This document shows positions 12,828-26,297 of a DNA stretch of 64,000 bases, piece after piece. This DNA is from Nemertoderma westbladi (taxonomy: Eukaryota; Animalia; Xenacoelomorpha). The first letter of the stretch is position 1. Every line of letters begins with the position of its first letter. The notes beneath the pieces were generated by a model. That model worked only from the letters and a program-made list of their open reading frames with translations, ran no database searches and was not told the DNA's origin. A program made the position numbers and the translations under genes. Location: contig JAUCBJ010006567.1 in NCBI GenBank assembly GCA_032718475.1, forward strand, positions 1 to 64,000, given 5' to 3'.

Positions 12828-13642
12828 TAGGGTTTTTAAAAAACATCATTTTAAAAATCTGTGATGTTTTAATTGTTTTTTTTGTTTTTTAAAATGTTTT
12901 TTTTGTTTTAAATGTTTTTTTTGTTTTTTTTCTAAACAAGGTATTTCTCCGATAAAAAATATATTTTGAGTTGCTGTAGAGGATAGGCCTAGTACTTTTC
13001 TATCTTTAAAGTTAACATAGGTCGTACATAGGCCTACAGGCCTACTATGTGACAAAGCCAGACCACATAACTTCTTCAAATACAGTCCGACAGTGCAAAC
13101 AGACTACCTATCAGCCTATAATACTGTCTGACTGTTAAAAGATATAATAGCCTACTGTAACAACTGTAATACCAGAATAATGCTTAGGCCTATATGGCAT
13201 TTGAATGTAGTATTGTCTACCTACCTGTACTGTGTAGGTTAGGTAGTCCTGCCATGTACAGCTGTTCTGGTTGTGGTAACGGTACCGGTACCTGAAATAG
13301 ACAGGCCTAGCATAGAACTAAATATGAAGCAGAGTGAACAGCGAGGTCAGAAGAGCTCGATAGGACATAGATTTTTCGATTCGACGATATCAGACCGGAA
13401 GAACGTATGTATCTTCTGTATAGTACATTACATTTTGTGAACTATATAGTACTTTTTGTGCTGTTTTTTGTCAACTATAGTACTTTTTGTGTTTAAACTG
13501 CCGATAACTGGATAAGGTTAAAAAAATAAAAAAATCAAAAAAAACAAAAAAAACAGTGTTTTTTAAAAATTAATAAAAAACAAAAAAAACATTGTTTTAA
13601 AACATTTGTTTTAAAACATGGTGATGTTTTTTAAAAACCCTA
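12828..13642. mobile_element. Non-autonomous hAT transposon
   Basis: TIRs TAGGGTTTTTAAAAAACATCA / TGATGTTTTTTAAAAACCCTA; 8-bp TSD CTTAAAAC. Confidence 0.9.
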
Positions 13643-14814
13643 CTTAAAACTGTAAAATGCAGAAATGTTTTTTAAAAAAGTATTCCTGCCTGACACGGTG
13701 CACGGTGAACGTTTTTATTCCGTCGGTCTGTCGGTAACAGGCAGACAGCTGGACAGGGTAACGAGGGATAATTTTTTCGAGTTACTGTTACATCCATCAG
13801 TCCATAAAATCAATAAAAACACGCCTTCTGTCTGTCTGTCACGTCTTGGGGGCCTTCTGCCATCTGCAGTCCTGCCATTTTAGAGTTGAATTTACAACTT
13901 AAAAAGTTGAATAAAAAAGTTTTAAATTTCAACTCAGTTGAAATTTGAACTTCGCCCCGACTGCTGTTAGGTCTACTACACAGCTACAGTTGACAGTACT
14001 TTAGGCCTAACTGCTAACTGTCAGTTCTCAGGTTCTGCATTTCAATTTGCCAGTTTGCTGATTTCAGATTCCGATTTGCATCGCCAGTTTGCCATTGCTG
14101 CATTGTACAGATTGCCACCCTCGCAGCCTCGCCCTGTCGCCAGCTCGCCTGCACCCAGCAGCCCAGTCAGCCAGTCCAGCCAGGAACACTGGTCACAATT
14201 TGTCCAATTTACAGCCAGAATGTGTCCGCGGAAAACGCTCTCAGAGTGAAATTTCTCCATAGAAAACAATGCTAAATTTCATTTGAAAACTGGCAGTGAA
14301 ATTTTAACATTGGCATTCTAAAAATTATGCCATTAGAATCGCCATAAAATTCTGTCAGTCTGTATAGGCAGATAGGCCTAAATTAATTTGAGTCGCCAAC
14401 GCCCAGTCAGCTAGCTGAGCCTGAGCTAGGTATCAAATTAAAGCAAGAGGACTCAGACTAGCTGAGCTGACTAGAGCAGTTCACAGTTAGAGGATCGCGG
14501 TTGTGTTGTGTTGTGGTGTGGTACAGCTGTACAGTGGTAGGCCCTATTCAGCTATTCGCTGACTCGTCAGCTCGTCCATGTTCCTGTGTTCTGATGAGCA
14601 TGATGTGGTATCTGGCTGGATACAGGATCTGTTGAAACCTATGTGCAGATGTCTGTATGCACTATGCAGGTATGACTGTACTGCTGTACTGCATACCAGC
14701 ATACTGCAACCTACTGACTGCTATACCAGTATACTACAGTAGGTACTAGTCTGTGGTCTGCCACTGCCAGTATACTGCTGTACTGCATACTGTACTACTG
14801 TACTCCAACTGTAC

Positions 14815-17278
14815 GCGCGCGTACTGCCACTCGTCTGCTCGTATGTCTCGTATCTGTCAGTCTGTTAGTTGAAACAAAATTGGAAAATAATTGAAACATA
14901 TTAGGAGCCACGTAATGGTGTCCTACCTGCAATGCTATGTATGCCAGTGAAACAAATTTGAAACAAATTAGGGGGGCCGTAATGATAGTCTACCGGCGAA
15001 TTGGAACAATGATGGGCTACGGAGCTCAAAAAATTGGAACAATGTTAAGTATGCCAGTGAATCAAATTTGAAACAAATTAGGAGAGCCGTAATGATAGCC
15101 TACCGGAAGAATTGTAACAATGATGGGCTACGGAGCTGCCTGGGTTGTTTGGCTAAACCAGTGGTGGCACGGATGAGGGGGTAAGAAAAGGGGGAAGGAT
15201 CTAAAAAATAGCACCCAATAGGAAGCTTCTTACATTGCTACGGCTACCGGTACCTTGCTTGGCCTCTCGGCTGGCTTTGGCATAACCCTTATTTTCGCAT
15301 GCGAATAAAGGTAATGTTTTAAAGATCTGGTGTGTAAAACGCGTTTTTGTGCAGTGATGTTTACGATATTATAATTAAACTAACTGCACTAACTATCTCA
15401 CATTTATTTAATAATATGTGGCAAAAAAGCAACCAACCTATTAATTACAATAATTTACAATAGTTATCGAATGTTCTAGGATGTAAATACTTAGCATTAT
15501 AAAAAAACGGTTCTTGTAAACAAGGTTTTGGCGAAAATTGTCCCTATGCTTTCCATTTTTTCAAATTTCTCGTACGGCATGATTGCTCCGAGAATGTTTG
15601 CCGTAGAGTCTCAATAAGGTAGATAAAGTAGGGGTGGGTGTGTTTGTTAGGTTCGGGCGGTCGGTGCGGGTAAATAGGGTGTGGGAGGGAGGGAGGGTGG
15701 GTATGGGTAAGTGAGTGCGGGTAATTAGGTGTGGAGGGGTAGGGGAGGTTGGGTGCGGTTAAGTAGACGTGCTTAGTTTGGTGTGTGGGTGCGGTTAAGT
15801 AGACGTGCTTATGTAGGTGGGTGGGTGCGGTTAAGTATACGTGCTTATGTAGGTGGGTGGGTGCGGTTATGTAGACGTGCTTAGGAGGGTGGGTGCGGTT
15901 AAGTAGACGTGCTTAGGAGGATGGGTGGGTGCGGTTAAGTAGGTGTGCTTAGGTGGGTGGGTGGGTGCGGTTAAGTAGGTGTGCTTAGGTGGGTGGGTGC
16001 GGATAAGTAGGTGTGCTTATGTAGGTGGGTGGGTGCGGTTAAGTAGACGTGCTTAGGTGGATTGGCGGGTGCGGTTAAGTCGATGTGCTTAGGTGGTTGG
16101 GTGGGTGGGTGCGGTTAAATAGGTGTGCTTAGGTGGGTGGATGGGTGCGGTTAAGTCGATGTGCTCAGTTGTGTGGGTGGGTGCGGTTAAGTCGACGTGC
16201 TCAGGTGTGTGGGTGGGTGTGGTAAAGTAGACGTGCTTATGTAGGTGGGTGGGTGTGGTTAAGTAGACGTGCTTAGGTGGGTGGATGGGTGCGGTTAAGT
16301 AGACGTGCTTAGGTTGGTGGGTGGGTGCGGTTAAGTCGATGTTCTTAGGTGATTGGGTGGGTGCGGTTATAAGTAGACGTGCTTATGGAGGTGGGTGGGT
16401 GCGGTTAAGTAGAAGTGCTTAGGAGGGTGGGTGGGTGCAGTTAAGTAGGTGTGCTTAGGTGGGCGGGTGGGTGCGGTTAAGTAGACGTGCTGAGGAGGGT
16501 GGGTGGGTGCGGCTAAGTCGATGCGCTTAGGTGGGTGGGTGGGTGTTTGCAGTCAAGTACACGTGCTTAGGTGGGTGGGTGGGTGCGGTTAAGTATATGT
16601 GCTTAGGTTGGTGGGTGGGTGCGGTTAAGTTGATGCGCTTAGGTGGGTGGGTGGGTGTTTGCGGTCATGTACACGTGCTTAGGTGGGTGGGTGGGTGCGG
16701 TTAAGTAGACGTACTTAGGAGGGTGGGTGGGTGCGGTTAAGTAGGTGTGCTTAGGTGGGTGCGTGGGTGCGGTTAAGTAGGTGGGTGGGTGGGTGCGGTT
16801 ACGTAGACGTGCTTAGGTGGGTGTGGTTACGCAGACGTGCTTAGGAGGGTGGGTGGGTGCGGTTAAGTAGGTGCGCTTAGGTGGGTGCGGTTAAGTAGGC
16901 GTACTTAGGTGGGTGGGCGGGTGCGGTTAAGTCGATGTGCTTAGGTGGTTGGGTGGGTGGGTGCGGTTAAGTACACGTGCTTAGGTGGGTGCAGTAAGTC
17001 GGCGTGCTTAGATGGGTGGGAGGGTACGTGTAAGTAGGTATGTAGGAATGGGTATGTATGGTTAAGTACAGTAGGTGTGTAATGATAGGTGGGTGGGTGG
17101 GGGTAAGTTTAGCTACTATTAAGTAGTATTACCACTTCTCAATACGGTAGACAGCTGTATGTTTACCGTATAGAACGGTCGTAAAATATAGGCGTCCCAT
17201 TGGATGCTATTTATAGATCCATACCCCTTTTCTTACCCCCTCTTCCCCCTTTTTTTACGCGCTCTTACCCCCAGCACA
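14815..17278 (+). mobile_element. Unclassified ~2.5-kb element carrying a G-rich minisatellite (copy 1; inner end truncated)
   Basis: Largely the reverse complement of 50294-52343. Begins GCGCGCGTACTGCCAC and has an internal inverted pair at ~15175-15222 / ~17196-17250. Confidence 0.85.
15630..17105 (+). repeat. G-rich minisatellite, ~32-40 bp unit (gggtgggtgggtgcggttaagtagacgtgcttaggt), ~40 copies
   Basis: Directly visible tandem array with a variable number of GGGT units. Confidence 0.95.
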
Positions 17279-17376
17279 ACTCTGTACAGCACTTGAGTTT
17301 AGTCCCTGTGCCTTGACTTTGAGTACACCATGCAGCCATAAAGGTCCTGGGATATACTGTCGTTACCTCGTTAATC

Positions 17377-18550
17377 GGGTAAATCTTTCCGACCTGCGCG
17401 TAGTTCGACACACGGGTCATATATCACCAGTTTGAGTTTAAACATTAACTATGCGTAGCTACGCGTAGGTACTGTGCTATGCAAAACAACCCGTAACTAC
17501 GCGTATACAACGTTTATCCTTAGTAGTTAGTATATTTTCAAACGGTTAAACCGGACAATATGTCCAATAGACCACATATAAAATGTAGAACCATCAAATA
17601 CCCCCTCAACATAAATGTCCCCTCTCCCCTGTAGTGGTATATGCTCTACTACGTACTCTTTACTTCATTAGTTTCGCGCGCAATATGTGATAGTTATAAA
17701 GTTTAGAGTTCAAAAATAGTTTACAATGAAATAGGTTGATGGTTCTTAATAGATTCTCCATTCCCATTTTTTTGGTCCGCTTGGACGTTATTTGGTCACT
17801 GAGTAAATTATTTGGTGCATAAAGTAGTGTTTTGCTAATTTTTTTCTAGTTTTTTTAGTAAACTTTAATTGATAGCCATAGTAATATAGGTGACTTTTTA
17901 AGTCTACTTATAATTCATCCTGTGTTGTATGTGAAAGAACCTAATATTTTTACCAGTGCGGCTGTGTACGAGAGCTACGAATTCCATTATTTTAGTTTTT
18001 CTGATAATCAGAGGCTGTACCTGTCATAAAACACATACGCGTAGTTTAATAACACCTATGCGCAGTTATTACCTTTAAGTATTTCAGTATAGTGCGGTTC
18101 AGTACGAAAAATAAGACTATACTGTATGTTTCATAGACCACTACTTGTACAGTGTACTATGTGTGTGTACAGATACACCCATTAAATGTTCTTAACAGAA
18201 ATGTCCCCTATGCTATACCTACCACCTCTATACTTCCTACGTATTGTTACCATATTCTTCACTCCATGTGTTGCGCGCGCAATAATGTGTTAGGCCTATA
18301 ATATAATGTTTAGAGTTCAAAAGTAGTTCACAAGTCTGCAAGTAATTAGGGTGGTCGGTCCTCCTCCATTCCCCATCGCCATTGTCTATGTTCACGAGCG
18401 AGAGGGCAATGATATATTTATTTAATTTTCTAACGCAAGTTGTGGGTTTCGGACTAATTAACCATGTTGCACTTGTTGTTTTTATGAAACAATAATTATT
18501 ATATATAATCTACCTGTTATTTAGGCCTATCCTGTGCTGTATGTAAAAGC
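17377..18550 (+). mobile_element. Degraded copies of the 46768-47705 MITE family
   Basis: gggtaaatctttccgacctgcgcgtag...gggtcatatatcaccagttt and internal blocks match 46768 onward; part of the element is repeated again at ~18090-18550. Confidence 0.65.
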
Positions 18551-20235
18551 ATCGAGCCGGGATTTGGCCGCCTGTGACACCGGCTCATCCAGTCATTGTT
18601 ATGAGTCTCATAAGGTGCATTTGCAGATGATGATATGAATATGGGTGGAGAAATTTGTGGCCGATTGGAGAACTGCATACGGAACAGAGATATACTATCA
18701 TAAAATAAAACACCGCCCCTAAAGGAGATATAACTGCTAAGTTTCAACTTAAGTGGATTGTAAATAACATTTCGAGAAAAAGTTCACTTCAAGAAATTTC
18801 ACCATGTAAATCTGCAGACTGCGACTGCTGAAATTCAGACGGCGCTGCATTTCTGTAAAGGTGGAGTTTATGGTGAAGAAAGATGCCTGCTTGTCAAGTT
18901 TCAGCTTAAACAGATTGTAAATAACAAAATTGGTGTAGATGTTCACTTTCAGATATTTCACCTTCTAGCGGAGAACGGAATATACGGCTATAACACCTTC
19001 AGCAAATAAATCATGTATAACAGATTAATACAGATTAATTTGCCATACTGCCATATGAGTAGGACAGTAGGGTAAACAGGGGTTGTATGGCCATGTGGGT
19101 TGTATGGCCACCCTTGACATAAAGTGCTATAACTTTACTTTATTTTAATGTCTGTCAGTTTTTATTACTTCTAAATGAAGCTGAATAATTTTCTATTAAA
19201 ATGACATATAAAACATATCTTCAAATGATTCCATTATTTTACAGTGACATGGCAAAGTTTCAGTTCATGAAAAAGTGCAACTTTTAGGTTTTGTGAATTT
19301 AGAGTAACACACACTAACAGGTGCCTCCTGGAACAAGTTAATGCTTGCCCATATTGTAATGATGTTGAATAGTATGTTTATTAAATTATAATTAATAAAT
19401 AATTTAATTTATTCGATTTCGTTAACTTTTAGATGAGTTATTTACCCTCAAAAAATCATGGCCATACCACCCCGCCAAATTTAGACGTTGGGGTAGGGGT
19501 GGTATGGTATGGTCACAATAACAATAACTGATAGGGACATCCCATTAATACTGGTAAAGGCTACTTTACTTTGTCAGTTTATTTAACTCCAGATCTCTGA
19601 AACCCATATATATTCTATATTATTTTGTGATACAATATAGGTGTATTATTATGTTATTCCACCTGCTCTTATTGTTAGTTATCCCACATTTTATAATTGT
19701 CAGATTTCTACATTGATATCATGATTTTTTTTCATGCTCTACCTGTAGGTCTGTAGGTTGACTCAATGGTTTTATATCCAAAAATGGCCATTTGTAGTAC
19801 CGGTAATCTGGTAATACTAATTTACTACCTACAAACTACTTTATAAATACATAAATAATGAAAATAACAGATGATACCTTGATTAAATCTTGTAGAATCG
19901 GGTGTTTTCTGTCACTTTTAAAAAAGGTTAAACCGGGTGATTTTTAAACCAGTGATGAAAACTTTTGAAATTTCTGGTGGGCTGTTTTATAACAACTTGT
20001 AGTTTAGTTTATTGTCCTTTATTTGAAAAAAAATTGCTGTTTCTAGGACAGAATTTCATTGTGATCTTTTTTAAAAGTCTTTTTAAAAGTCATTCCAATG
20101 TCCATACAACCCCATGAGAGGGATGCTAAGCTAAGGCATTTGAAATTTATACAATATTGGTGGCCATACCACCCCGCCCTGGGCCCCCGCCCAGTTTATT
20201 TTTTAAAAAATCCCCTCTGGCTCTCTGGGGACCTG

Positions 20236-22139
20236 GGGCGGTATTCATAGAGTTAGTATTAGTTACAGCTACTTAGTGACGGCTTTTAGTAAGAGCTGCA
20301 ACTATGTTTAGTAAGAGCTATCTGTTACTAAAAACAACTGATTTTAGTAAGAGCATTGACTTAACTTAGTTTCAACTAGCCCTTACTACTACTACTACTA
20401 GGATCGGCATGCTGCATTGCAGCTGCATTTTCAAGAATGCTGTGCCGGCTTGTCAACAAAATTGCACCGCCACAACTCCCTATCACCCATGACATTTGCT
20501 AGATCATCCGCATCTTTAAGGCCAGTGTCCTTTAAGATGCGTCTCAAGAATGTCATGGGCTGTCCACCATGCTTATTCACTCCATGAGGCTGCTTAAGTA
20601 CAAGATTATGCACTGGCTGGTCCTCACGGCGAAAGCAATGTCCTGCAAAGCGGAGGCGATTTTGTTCTAGTGTCAAGCTTGGGGGAACCAATGAGACACC
20701 TCCAATGTTATATAGTGTCTGGTTGGAGATGTGTGCATTGTACTTGACACAATGTACCCGGCGTAGCATTCTTGTGAATGTGCCATCCAGAGATTTGGTG
20801 TCCTCAGCAGTTAGAGCCCAGCATGGACTCCCGTAGAGGAGTACTGGAACTACTGCTGCTCTAAATAATCGGACCTTAAGTTTCCGATTAATTCTAGGTG
20901 ACTTCCAAATCCTGGAAAGCCTATTCAAGGCTGCCCATGCCTTTCCCTTACGTAACTAGCCCTTAAAAAATATCAGTATTCATAAACTGTTACTAAACTT
21001 AGTTCTAGCCTATTAGTAGCAGTGTCGGTACTTTAACTTATGTTTATCAAAAAGCTTTCAGTTTCAACTTAAGGTCAGTAGCTATGCCCTGCATGTCTCT
21101 ATGTTTACTGTTTTACTTGTACTGGTAGCCTACATTAAAACCCATTAATTTTATTGGTCACTAAAAAAATTCCTGTTTTCCAGAAAATTTTTTTCGTTAT
21201 CAAATATATATTTCCTCCACTCAATTTGATTATCACTAAAATATATTTTCATCAAAAATAAATCTGTTACGGCCTTTTGTAATAAAATCCCTTCATTATT
21301 TAGGTTAGAATAACGTGGCACTGTAACCTGCCCGTTTCCACATTTTAGCAATAATTTATAATTAATAGATTTAATGATAATTATTAGATTTTAGTGGAAA
21401 CTGAATATTTTAGTGATTTCCTGTTAAAATTATAGTGAAAAATTATTATTTTTAGTCAGTAAGTAAGGCGATAAATCAATTGGCTACCATTATCGAATAC
21501 CATTATTTACATTCGGTAATAGAGAAGAAAATAATGAAGTGGGAACGCTACCGCTTTTTCATCTTGAGAAAGTTAGCGAATGGTAGAATTCTTTAGCGAA
21601 ACACATTATTTTCAACGGACGCGGACCGTTCGGGAGCAATCTCACCATTCAAGAATGTGAGCTGAAATTTGGAAATTTAAGTCGGATATATGTTTAAAAA
21701 ACAACAAGCTTTATGTCCTTACATTTGACAGTTTCTCTGCAACAACACATTTGCAATGAACACAGAATGCTAGAAAAACAAGAGAGAGTATCATGTGGAC
21801 AGAGTCGTCAGTTAACCATACTGTATGTATGAAGGCCAATATGCAATAAGGAAGCGTTCTTATATACCAACTTAGTCACACCTTCATGTGACTAGAAATT
21901 TAAGTTACAGCTAATACTAACAGACTAACTTAAGTAAGACTAAATTCTATGAATACCAGTTTAGCAACAACTAGTACTAAATACGTTAGTAATAAGTAGC
22001 ACCAACTTCTCTGAATACCGAATTAGTACAAGCACTTACTAACTTGCTGTGACTAGGACTACCGAATTAGTACAAGCACTTACTAACTTGCTGTGACTAG
22101 GACTAAGTTCCTAGTTAGTCACATTTATGAATAGCGCCC
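20236..22139. mobile_element. PIF/Harbinger-like non-autonomous element
   Basis: TIRs GGGCGGTATTCATA / TATGAATAGCGCCC; 3-bp TSD CTG (20233-20235 and 22140-22142). Confidence 0.75.
20386..20953 (-). mobile_element. 5'-truncated RTE-type LINE copy
   Basis: ORF 20431-20928 (LLYGSPCWALT...FTRMLRRV...RLRFAGHC) is near-identical to the 61.3-kb copy; (TAG)n tail; 12-bp TSD AACTAGCCCTTA (20374-20385 and 20954-20965). Confidence 0.92.
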
Positions 22140-22289
22140 CTGAAATCGAAAATTACCATACAACCCCGGCCTACCCAATATGATTGATTACACTGTATAT
22201 ACTATATACTGATTGACTACCGGTACTGGACTAGGGTGCTGGTAAATCAGTCTGTCAGTAGGTAGATCGGTACAGCAGTACTACAGTAG

Positions 22290-23753
<1,464 letters not shown>

Positions 23754-24346
23754 ACGCGTTTATACTTGTTCATTTGATTTTGTTTATATAATTTATAATA
23801 AAACAGTGGATGTGAAACTGCAGATGAGTAAATGTTTATCCTCAAATTGAAAAATGGTCCGTAGGTGCAGCGGTGCCAGGATGTAGGTTATGTAAAGTAC
23901 AACTTTATACTATGGGTAACTTTATGTGACGACGACTGGAAAATTATGTTAAATTGTTTCCTTTCATTTCATGTCGAGAGTGAAGTGAATATTATTTTTC
24001 TTATTTTAGTTATTATTTTACGGACAAGGACAATATGTATCTGTTTTGGTACACCAACTATGTACAGCAAACTGTACGATATATAATGTTTGAAAATCAC
24101 TGCATTTGTTATTTAAAATATTATGTTTGTAAATATTTATCTTTTAATAATAATTATAATAACATAAATTTACATATTTTTATTTATCTGTTTGGATGTT
24201 AAACCCTAAACACGACTCTCGCCAAGGGGTTAAATCCTTTACAGCCTAGAGTTATCCCGCGATTGATTTTTGATGTCCGATTATTCAACTTGCTTATAAC
24301 CAACAACATCATTAGGTCTAGTCTAATTAGTTCATTTAGTGCTAAA

Positions 24347-24389
<43 letters not shown>
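24347..24389 (+). repeat. Poly(G) tract, ~43 nt
   Basis: Homopolymer run. Shorter G or C runs occur at ~2527, 3190, 4192, 26225, 27613, 32733 and 56182. Confidence 0.9.
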
Positions 24390-24390
<1 letters not shown>

Positions 24391-24779
24391 GTGTACTAAT
24401 TAACTAGAAATCTTCATCTCCATATTTCGGAGACTGGATCTGGATTTTATCCAAATTAATTGATGCTTTGCACACTTGTATACAATAGGTGGAAAAAAAT
24501 TCCATAAAAACATTTCGAAATTTTTAATTTTTTACCTAATTAACATAATTTATGCAATTATTTTTTTTAAGCAAAGGCTCTTAGAGGGATGGCCGTATAG
24601 GGGGTGTTAAGCACCACCCAGTCACCATTCATGCCAAATTTTACACGAATTCGTTCATTTTTGGAAAAGACTTTGCACTTTGAAATTTAAAATTTGCATT
24701 CTTCAGAAAATGCATTTAAAGTTTATGGTAATGGTAATTTAATTACAGTCTGCCCATTGTAATGTTGGAATGCACACAG

Positions 24780-26230
24780 CCTAGCTGAAAATTCTGTTAC
24801 AAAGATTTTATGGGTCGGTGATTTCATTTCTAAAGTCAGTTTTCTCATTTAACTGTGTCATGCCTGCTGAATTGCTGTCCGTCAAAATATAACCGACAGC
24901 TGAACAGACAACGTGGATGACGTCACATATGAAAACTGACATCGGAAATGAAATCAGCAACCTTGAAAACCACCACTACAAAATGTTTACCTATTTGGTA
25001 TGTCTTCCTATTACTTTGACAGACAGATCGCTGGACAGACTGAAAAACCGACAGACAGACATACTGACATAGTAGGATTTGTTAAAAGTGAAAACTGACG
25101 TCAGAAATGAATTTGGCAATCGGGATAACCCCCATAACTAACCGACAGACAGACTGACATACAGACATAATGGACTTCTTTAAACATGAAAACTGACATC
25201 AGAATTGAAATCAGCGACCAGGAAAACCACAACCATTCATTTTTAGCTTGATGGTATGATTTCATTATATTTTGACAGACCGATTTTGACGGACAAACAG
25301 ACTGACAGATAGATATAAAGACAAAATAGTTTTCGTTAAAAGTGAAAACTTACGTTTGGAATGATATCAGCGACCATGAAAACCCATGTAACAAAACTTT
25401 TAGCTAAGATTATTAATGCTTTTGTTATATTATTATAGACAAACCGTCAGAAACACAATCCCACGCGGACACTTTTCACAGACACTGACAGAGTAAGGTT
25501 CACAGACACTGACAGAGTAAGGTTAACATCATCACTCATAACTTTTTAACGACATTAGTTATTAACAAACTGTTTGAAGTTTGGAAATCCTCATAAAAAT
25601 CTGCACTAGAGGGATTGTAAATGAAAAATCGACTTTTTTTTCGGAATTAATTGCTAGAATGTCATAATCCGTCACCAATAAAATGTCAATTGTAATGTGA
25701 TGTTTTCTGTAAATAGGATAATGTAATACTTTTTAATATTTTAATTTTGGATATTAAAATCTTGTAATTTTGAAACTAACTCATTTTTTTAATAAAGTGC
25801 TACCTATGCATACACTCCACTTATACTATGTTGCAGCTAGTATCCGTAGGATATTTGATTAGTGACCCCTTCTATATGGAGAATCCATGTCGCAAACCTT
25901 GTAATTTTATACAAAATGTACCTTTTTAATTAATTTATTATTTTATATAATTATTAATTAAATAGCTATCCATTTCGAACAATGTATCTGGTACTCTTAT
26001 GGATTATTTGTATAAATTTTAGTTTTATCCAAGTCATCTGAACCCCTGAGGCTTGGATGCAGTGAATATGGGTCGAGCCCGGAAGTCTTGAGGATTGGCA
26101 AACAGGTTAGTACTACAGCCCAAATGGCATCGTTCATCTGTCTGTCCGTCTCTATATTTGAACGTCAATAACTCAAGTACTGGATCGGTAAATTTTTTTT
26201 TAGATAAGGCACGTAACACTTTAAGGGGGG
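24780..26230. mobile_element. Degraded element(s) with (GACA/CTGT)n microsatellites, DINE-1/Helentron-associated (HINE)-like; related pieces at ~120-160 and ~30870-30975
   Basis: Tandem ~120-bp units aaaactgac(a/g)tc(a/g)gaa.tgaaatcagc.acc interleaved with acagacagac; ctgtctgtccgtc block at ~26138. Confidence 0.4.
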
Positions 26231-26297
26231 GGGGGGGGGTGTTTTTTTTTATTTGTTTATATCTCCAATGTGGTTGAAAAATTCATAGAAAACTATA

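Larger units (their letters stand above)
19070..22176. mobile_element. Tc1/pogo-like non-autonomous element hosting nested insertions
   Basis: Imperfect TIRs gggtaaacaggggttgtatgg / ccatacaaccccggcctaccc. The left end follows TA; internal ccatac(a/c)acccc repeats. Confidence 0.6.

Noticed and set aside
14575-14650. Hammerhead ribozyme (CTGATGA...GAAA)
   Set aside because: I could not form stems I-III around the core motifs.
15630-17105. Interstitial telomere
   Set aside because: TTAGG occurs only once per ~36-bp unit and not as tandem telomeric repeats.
18517-19000. Next LDB exon or another gene in this moderately GC-richer stretch
   Set aside because: The minus-strand ORFs show no LDB similarity or known motif, and the frames are short; probably a decayed repeat.
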